A DNA stretch of 64,000 bases, taken from positions 11,470,001 to 11,534,000 of the forward strand of contig CM022674.1 in the NCBI GenBank assembly GCA_012295275.1, in the 5' to 3' direction. Shown here one piece after another: positions 56,823-64,000 of this stretch. This DNA is from Chrysomallon squamiferum. Its lineage: Eukaryota; Animalia; Mollusca. The notes under the pieces are model-generated. The model ran no database searches, was not told the origin of the DNA, and worked only from the letters and a program-made list of their open reading frames with translations. How positions within the stretch are numbered: the first letter of the stretch is position 1; each line of letters begins with the position of its first letter. The position numbers were made by a program, and so were the translations under genes.

Positions 56823-56980
56823 GGGAAACTACAACAGATCAAAGAAGTTTTTTGTTTATTAAACGTGCAAACCTCAAACCGAATCTTCAGTCGTACGCTG
56901 CATGTTTTGAGTGCCTTGGGAGACAGAAGAATTTTGACGCTGAAATGTGCCAGAGAATTCTGCAGGATGTCAAACGAGAT
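56823..56980 (+). CDS. POLRMT: POLRMT exon 5 (PPR), with an apparent 1-nt deletion in the T-run at 56848-56853
   Basis: GKLQQIKEV then a frame change to FLFIKRANLKPNLQSYAACFECLGR (cf. GLTPDLLSYAAALQCMGR). The exon is 158 nt where 159 is needed. Confidence 0.85.
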
Positions 56981-57860
56981 GTACGTTTTCTTCCTTACTG
57001 ACAAATCTTTCATCTCGTTTTGTGAGAAACAACGATGTATTTGTAACGTTTGTTCAGAAATTAAAATAAGTTATATAAATTGTACATCAAATCAGTTGAC
57101 ACAATGAAGGCAGCATGGTAGAAGACAGTGGGATTTTCTGGGAATTAAATCGAAGTATGATCATATATGTGCTGGGAAGAATTACATTTATTTTGTTGTT
57201 TTGAAATAATGTTTTGGCCACTAATGACAGTTCAGACTTGTTTTTGTTGAAAGATAGTGGCTACTGACATGTTGAACAGGTGGGGTGGGTACCAGGGTGG
57301 CTGTTTTATAGAGCTCAAAGAAAGAAATGAAATGCATTTGGAGGGTGGTTTATAGAGGTAAAGTTTGGACCAAGTGTGACTATATAAATGTATATTATAC
57401 ATATATTTATTTTATTTAGTTTATATTGTTTCTAATTGTCCAAAGGGTCTTATATTTAGTAAAGATGATTGAAATGGTTGTATATTTATAATAATTGTTT
57501 AGAAAGTTGTAAAAAATTAACAAAAAGAGATATATTAAATGTATATTGTTTTATGTTTTGATTATATTATTCTTATTTGTGCATTGGAAATGTTATGTTG
57601 TAAAAATTGTTGTTGAACTTGAAGGGACATCTTTCTTGTGTTATAGGGTGAAAAAAGTTGTATTTCAAAAATATTTGGCATGAAATTAAAACAAATTATT
57701 TCATATTTATATTATTTATAACAGACCTAGAACCTTGTTACTTTTTGCACAATCCAAAAACTGGTATATAATTGTAATATGTATTTAGAAATTACATGAT
57801 TTAGGTAAAATAACAAACTAAAAAAATGATATTTTATTTTTATTTCTTTGTTTTTTTCAG

Positions 57861-57929
57861 GGGTTTGACATACGAGATATTTTTAATGCTTGTCTGTTTA
57901 GAAGAGATGAAAGACATTTTATTTTAAAA
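57861..57929 (+). CDS. POLRMT: POLRMT exon 6
   Basis: GFDIRDIFNACLFRRDERHFILK; TTTCAG acceptor, GTATGC donor. Confidence 0.85.
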
Positions 57930-58343
57930 GTATGCATTTTAATTTTTATATTTCATTTTATCAATTGTTGCTTAAAGATAATAATTTTTTTTCTGTCAAT
58001 CTGATTTCAAAGCCTTGAAAAACAATAGCCTGTGATATAAAATTAATTAGTGTGTTCTAATGGGGGATTCATTAAAATAAAGTTTAGGTTTGGTTTGGTA
58101 AACTGGTGTTTCTAGAAATCAGTCTGTTTTGCTGTTATTTGTTATGTTATAGCAATATGTTTCTGTATTATTAACTCGGTTAACTTTACAGCAAATATTT
58201 GTTTCTATAATTATTGCAGCTAGTGATTGAAAATATTATTCTTCTTCTTGTTATTTTTATTTTTATTATTGTTATTGTCATTGTTGTTATCACCACTCTT
58301 ATTTTTCTTTTATTTTTTGTTATTCTTGTTCTGATTATAATTG

Positions 58344-58377
<34 letters not shown>

Positions 58378-58482
58378 TTATTATTATTATTATTATCATT
58401 ATTGTTATTATTATTATTACTACTACTACTATCATTATTTTTTTTGTTGTTGTTGTTGATGATGGTGTTAATATTAATGCAG

Positions 58483-58590
58483 GCACTGAAAAGTGTTGAT
58501 CCAGATTTCACACCTCATCCTGTACCTGATCCAGAACCATACCAGAATGTCCTCCTTGAAGACTTGAACACTAAACTTCCAGATGACAAG
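58483..58590 (+). CDS. POLRMT: POLRMT exon 7
   Basis: ALKSVDPDFTPHP...LLEDLNTKLPDDK (cf. AVHKVKPTF); CAG acceptor, AAG|GTAATA donor. Confidence 0.85.
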
Positions 58591-58972
58591 GTAATAATAA
58601 TAGTACACATACAGCTTCTTTATTTACTTAAAATCCTAAATATTTGATTTGGAATATATATAATGTGTGTGTGTGTGTAAATATGTGTTGTGTGTGTATG
58701 AATTTGTATGTATGTATGTATGTATGTATGTATGTATGTATGTATGTATGTATGTATGTGTGTGTGTTTGTGTATGTGTGTATGTATATATGTATATAAT
58801 GTATGTATGTGTGTTTCTATATATATGTATATAATATATGTATTGTGTGTGTGAATGTGTGTGTAAATTCATAAAATACCTGAATAATTAAAAAAGCAAC
58901 ATGTGTGAATAAATCTTAGAATAATACTAGTTCAAAAAAAAAAAAAAATATATATAATATTTTTGTATAAAG

Positions 58973-59122
58973 ATAGTTGACCAGAATCCGTATGCTGGTA
59001 TAATGAAGACTGAAGATCTGCAGAAACGAGCAGAGATGCAGCTGCAGATGGAACTGAAAGGAAGTGTCACAGTTGAGTCCATAGTGAAAAGCTCCACACA
59101 AAGTCCAAAAACCACAGAATAT
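58973..59122 (+). CDS. POLRMT: POLRMT exon 8 (alternative in-frame acceptor at 58985 possible)
   Basis: NPYAGIMKTEDLQKRAEMQLQMELKGSVTVESIVK (cf. QLHMELASRVCVVSVEK); GTGAGT donor. Confidence 0.85.
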
Positions 59123-59420
59123 GTGAGTAATTCAATAAAGTGTGAATGAAACCACTGAGTACGCGAGTAATTCAAAAACCACAGAATATGTGAGTAATTC
59201 AATAAAGTGTGAATGAAACCACCGACTGTTTAAATAATTTATAAATCAGTGGGGATGAATAAAACCACAGAATACTTCAATTGTAATTCAAAAACAATTG
59301 AGCGTAAATGAAACCACTGAATACTTGAGTAATTTGAAAATCAGTATGGATGAATAAAACCACAGAATACTTGAGTAATTCAAAACCAAATGAATGAAAC
59401 CATAGAATATAAAAAATGAG
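59107..59420. repeat. Tandem repeat seeded on the POLRMT exon 8 / intron junction
   Basis: AAAACCACAGAATATGTGAGTAATTCAATAAAGTGTGAATG duplicated exactly, then decaying copies. Confidence 0.8.
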
Positions 59421-60158
59421 TATGCAACTAATTCATAAATCAATATGGATGAAGTTTAAAAATCAGTATGTGTGAATAAAACTGTAGAATATGAGGATAT
59501 TTAAGAAATCTGTATGTTGTTAAATTCAAAAAAAAAAAAAAAAAAACCATTTTGTAAATTGTGTGTTTTTTTAAAAATGGTGAATAACCATGAGAGTAAT
59601 TCAAAACCAGTTTGTGTGTGAGTAAACTAAAGTATCATGTGAATAATTAAAAAATTGATGAACAAAACCATCAATTTGTGTAATTAAGAAATCAGTTAAT
59701 ATTAATGAAGTATCTGAGATATTCAAAAATCAGTACAATTTTAGAGTAATTTCAGAAAAAAATAGAATTTATATATTTTTAAAAAAAATGTTTCAGTAAA
59801 ACAACATAATTTCTGAATGTTAAAAATATGTAATTCAAACACCAGAATGTCTGAGGGAAATTACAAAAAAAAATTGTCCAAATATGATACAGTATGATAT
59901 GGTATAATTTAAAAACCCGTGCAGAATAACTGAGCAAAACAATATCAAATATCAGTCATCTAAAAGTATGATTATAAATGGAGTGTGCATGTAGTCTAAA
60001 AAAAACATGTAAAAATTCAAAACAAATATAAATAATTCAAAACAAATATAAAATGAGCATTCTGAAAACCATAGAATCAGTGACTAGTTAAAAATCACCA
60101 AAAAAGTTAATAATCCCAATTTGTAGCTCTTGAACAAAATTTGAAAGAAGACTCTTAT

Positions 60159-60202
<44 letters not shown>

Positions 60203-60304
60203 TTCAAGACATTCTTCCATTGGTCATGGGGTTGAAGATTAGGCTCACTGGGGATAGTTTTGCACTGTGTCCCCATTTGACCGTCTGCTGTTGAAATGTT
60301 TCAG

Positions 60305-60398
60305 AAAGACAAGGTGGAGGATGTAAAGGAGGAGTGGAAGAGCATGTTGGTCAAAGCGTATGAGAAGATGTTGCATGGTGCAGTCAAAAAGAGCAAAG
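60305..60398 (+). CDS. POLRMT: POLRMT exon 9
   Basis: KDKVEDVKEEWKSMLVKAYEKMLHGAVKKSK; TTTCAG acceptor, G|GTGAGT donor. Confidence 0.85.
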
Positions 60399-60819
60399 GT
60401 GAGTCAGTTTATTCATCTTCATTTTATGTCATCATTTTCCAAGTTAATGTGTCCTCGAAAGCATCTTAACTATTAGGATGGCTGTGTTCATGTAATTAGG
60501 ATGGAATGAAAATTGCTAGGTTAGCCAATTAGTTATGTATGATTAAAACGGATATATGAAAATAATGATTTGAGTTTTTGTATTTTTATCAATAATAAAA
60601 CATTCTTAGAATTATACTAAAAAAAAAAAAAACTAATAAAAAAAAACTAATAGGAATAAATCTGCTTTATTAATATTGAGAGTCATGATTTACACTATTG
60701 ATGCAATGTTCATGTCTCTTAGCAGCGAATTAGCTTGTGTCAGTAATACTGATTACAGTTTTTCACATTAATATTATAATTTTACTTTTAAATACTTGAC
60801 AATGTGTTTTGTGTTTCAG

Positions 60820-60893
60820 AACCACACACAATAACACTGTACCCCTATCTTACTCTGTTACCTCCTCTGGACATGGTGGAATGTCTGATGTTG
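60820..60893 (+). CDS. POLRMT: POLRMT exon 10
   Basis: EPHTITLYPYLTLLPPLDMVECLML (cf. SLYPFLCLL); TTTCAG acceptor, GTAGGT donor. Confidence 0.88.
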
Positions 60894-61009
60894 GTAGGTG
60901 TGCAGGCCTACAGAGAAACATTAATCTTCATAATTTAACACGTTTATTCAGATATGGTTACAATTATTTCCATTTGTTAATCTTGTTATTTGTTTTATTC
61001 AGTACCTTA

Positions 61010-61475
61010 GCAAGATTTCATTTATAGGTATCGTTTTACAACAATATTTCATAATATCTATCCATGGGTAGGCTTCTTTTTATTATCTCTTTCCACAGCA
61101 GTATTTCCTTTAAATGTGTCTTTCCACAATAAAATGTCTTTTCATGCATATTTCTACAGCAAGAATTCTTCAATATGAATTTTTCTATGGCAAGCTTTCT
61201 TTTATAAATATATATTTTTCAACAAGAAGGTTGTCCTTATGTATCTTACTACAAGATTTCTTTTATATGTATCTCAGTCACAAGATTTCCTTTTTATATC
61301 TTTTCACAAAAACACTTCTTATATGCATCTTTCCACAGTGAAATTTCTTTTATATCTATCTTTCCATAACAAAATTTCATTGATATCTAACTTTACAGAG
61401 CAAGATTTGTTTTGTGTTTATATTTCCACAAGAAGATTTCTTTATATGTATTTTACCACAGCAGGATTCTTTTAA
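61010..61475. repeat. Degenerate ~30-bp tandem repeat in POLRMT intron 10
   Basis: TTTCCACA.CAAGATTTCTTTTATAT.TAT variants. Confidence 0.7.
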
Positions 61476-61696
61476 AATGTTTCTTTAGTTTGATAAGGGA
61501 AGCACTGAAAAGCACCATAGGTTTTAAACTCCTTTTTAAATCTTAATATTTAAAATTTTAAAATTAAATATTAACTTTTCATCAGTTTCTCAAACAAATT
61601 TAATTAGCTTAAATCAAAATATGGACATGTAATGCAGAAATGTTTCTTCTTACTTCTACTGAAGATATGCAGTTTAAAATTTTGAAACTGTTTTAG

Positions 61697-61828
61697 GAAA
61701 TTGAGCAGATTGCCTTCGCGTCTGATTCGTTCAGTATTTGCATGGATCAACTGTGTCGCCGAGCAGGAATGAGAGTGTACAACAAGTACATCACGCAGGA
61801 CAAAGTACGCAGCAAATACGCAAAAAAG
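61697..61828 (+). CDS. POLRMT: POLRMT exon 11
   Basis: EIEQIAFASDSFSICMDQLCRRAGMRVYNKY...; TTTTAG acceptor, AAG|GTAAAT donor. Confidence 0.85.
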
Positions 61829-62206
61829 GTAAATTTTGTTTATGTGTCTACAGCCATCCAGTGACACAGATTACAACTGAGCTAGAAGTAGATGGATGAT
61901 ACACATACACTGACTGATGAAAGTGAGATACAGTACATAAGAGATTCTGTAAAACTTAGTGTTGTATTGAGTAATGATCTGTACAGACTGAGGATAATTC
62001 AAATTTTGTGACTGTTGAAGACAGACTGTCAAAAATATTGTAGACATACCTGAATCCCTTTTTCATTTTGGTTCTTATTATTTATCAGTGTTGTTGATAT
62101 AAATTACAATAAATTTTAAAAATATTTTTGTGATAATGTAATTTTTTATTTGTTTGTTTGTTACTAATTTCAAGTTAAACCCTGTATTATTTATTTATTT
62201 GCACAG

Positions 62207-62323
62207 ATGACCAGGCTGTATGAAAAATACCTGTCAATTTACAATGATGACAATTTTCCACATCAAAATCATCGAGTTTGCTGGCAGCATCTGATGAATT
62301 CTTCACCAGATGGCGCTTCTCTT
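62207..62323 (+). CDS. POLRMT: POLRMT exon 12
   Basis: MTRLYEKYLSIY...HRVCWQHL...GASL; CACAG acceptor, GTAAGT donor. Confidence 0.87.
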
Positions 62324-62444
62324 GTAAGTTAAATTCTTTCTTTTTCTTTTTATTTAGGTGAAAACACAAATGCTTTTTGTGTGTGAAAAAATCCAACAGC
62401 ATTATAAGCAGAATAATTAAGTCTAATATTTGTTTTGTTTTCAG

Positions 62445-62486
62445 GATGTTCCCGAAAGACCCTGGTCAGCACACATTGTCAAAGCA
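62445..62486 (+). CDS. POLRMT: POLRMT exon 13
   Basis: DVPERPWSAHIVKA (cf. EQPWPLPVQ); TTTCAG acceptor, GTATGT donor. Confidence 0.83.
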
Positions 62487-63083
62487 GTATGTATTGTGTT
62501 GTGATTTTATCTATCTATCTATCTATCTGTCTCTCTATCTATCTATCTATCTATCTATGAATAGGGTATGAAAAAAATTCATTTAAAAAAAGAATAGTAT
62601 ATAGATTATTCAATCACATCATGTGATATTTTGTTAATCTTTCAAAATATGTAATACTTAATATGATTTTGTTTCAGTCACATGTAAAATGAAATCACAT
62701 GCTTAAATGCTTCCATGTTGAAAACAAATGCTACAAATTTCTGTTTCTACCCAATACGTATGTGTGTGTGTATTTTTGTATGTTTATGTGTATATGTTAG
62801 TGTATATGTTTTTATATATGTGGTTTGTGTCTGTGTATGTGTGTATATGTAATTTTACAGTTGTGTGCGTATGTGTGTACATCACTACATGCATTTGTGT
62901 GTTATTTGTAACCGTAATTTTTATTGTATGGGCAGTATAAGTAAGTGTTCGGGTTATGATTTTGTTTTTAGTCATATGTGAGTATCAGAATATATATGTG
63001 AATATGCAGATAGCTAAATGAATAGATGAATTTACTTTCCTTGTGCATATTGTTGTTGTATGTGTGTGTGTTTGAGTGCACGC

Positions 63084-63119
<36 letters not shown>

Positions 63120-63320
63120 ACACATGCTTGCTTTCATGTTTGAGAACTTGCACATTTGAGTTTTAATTTGCCAATTCTGTCTAAAAGTCATGTGTATTTT
63201 GTAACATGGTGTTATGGTACATTAAAATGAATTATAGAAATATATAATGATAAATATGATTGTGTAGTTTAATTTTCTACTATTCTTATTACCTGTCATA
63301 ACGTTGACTTGATTTTTCAG

Positions 63321-63397
63321 CTGGGGAAGAAGTTGTATGATCTCATTTTGAATGATGTGAAGATTGATTCAAACATATTGAAGAAAACTGAAAAGAG
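63321..63397 (+). CDS. POLRMT: POLRMT exon 14
   Basis: LGKKLYDLILNDVKIDSNILKKTEK; TTTCAG acceptor, AG|GTAGG donor, phase 2. Confidence 0.85.
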
Positions 63398-63597
63398 GTA
63401 GGCCTGGTGAAAATAACAACTAAATCAAGAGAACATGTTGAGAATGCTGACAAATAAAATTGAAATACTTCATCTTCTTGCTTTTGCAACAATAAAATAA
63501 TGATAATGATAACGATTATGATAATAATAACAAATAATAATAATAATAAAATTAGTAATAAATTATGATTGTTTTATTTTATTGATTGTATTTACAG

Positions 63598-63664
63598 AAG
63601 AATGGTACCAGCATTTTACACAATCTATCGAAATTATGGACACAGGGTATTTCAAGAAATCAAG
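63598..63664 (+). CDS. POLRMT: POLRMT exon 15; gene continues beyond the window (catalytic domain not present)
   Basis: RRMVPAFYTIYRNYGHRVFQEIK (cf. RLVPVLYHVY...GILKPHP); TACAG acceptor, AAG|GTAGT donor. Confidence 0.87.
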
Positions 63665-64000
63665 GTAGTCAATTCTTAAAATGTGCATTTTTCATCAGAT
63701 TTTATCTTCTTTGTTCTTCTATTTTAACAGGTTTTTTTTCTTGAAAGCATATATGATCGGACTTTTTAAAGTTTTCTTGTTTTAAAATGTATTATTGCGC
63801 AAATGTGGCAAGAGTTTTGCAGAATAAGATGATTCAAATAAAATATTTAGTGAAGATATACGTGTTTGTGCGTGTGTCTTGTCAAATACTTAACTTTTCT
63901 TATACTTAATTCATTCAGTATTTCTTTATTATTCTTTATTTAATTTTTTCATTCATTCATTCATTCAGTTCATACTTTCATTCACTGACTCTAAAAGAGT

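Overview
Eukaryotic, very AT-rich, microsatellite-dense animal DNA. Degenerate SINEs resembling the molluscan MESC/Meta family suggest a gastropod mollusc (inference). Almost all ORFs in the supplied track are microsatellite artefacts. Three genes were reconstructed by hand. (1) A 37-nt first coding exon on the minus strand (34904-34868, MRSKSKARKLEN) matches the N-terminal NuRD/RBBP4-binding exon of Prdm3/16 (MECOM/PRDM16/hamlet). It is followed by an apparent >34 kb first intron containing several enhancer-like islands. (2) A complete 3-exon, 475-aa MFS transporter (nodulin-like/MCH1-like) lies on the minus strand (50087-46475). Its gene body carries a cluster of CRE palindromes and its 3' flank is a 7-kb complex tandem repeat array. 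(3) The first 15 coding exons of mitochondrial RNA polymerase POLRMT lie on the plus strand (52913-63664) and the gene continues beyond the window. It has an apparent 1-nt homopolymer frameshift in exon 5. MITEs, SINE remnants and many minisatellites are also present. Homology statements come from recalled sequences, not database searches.
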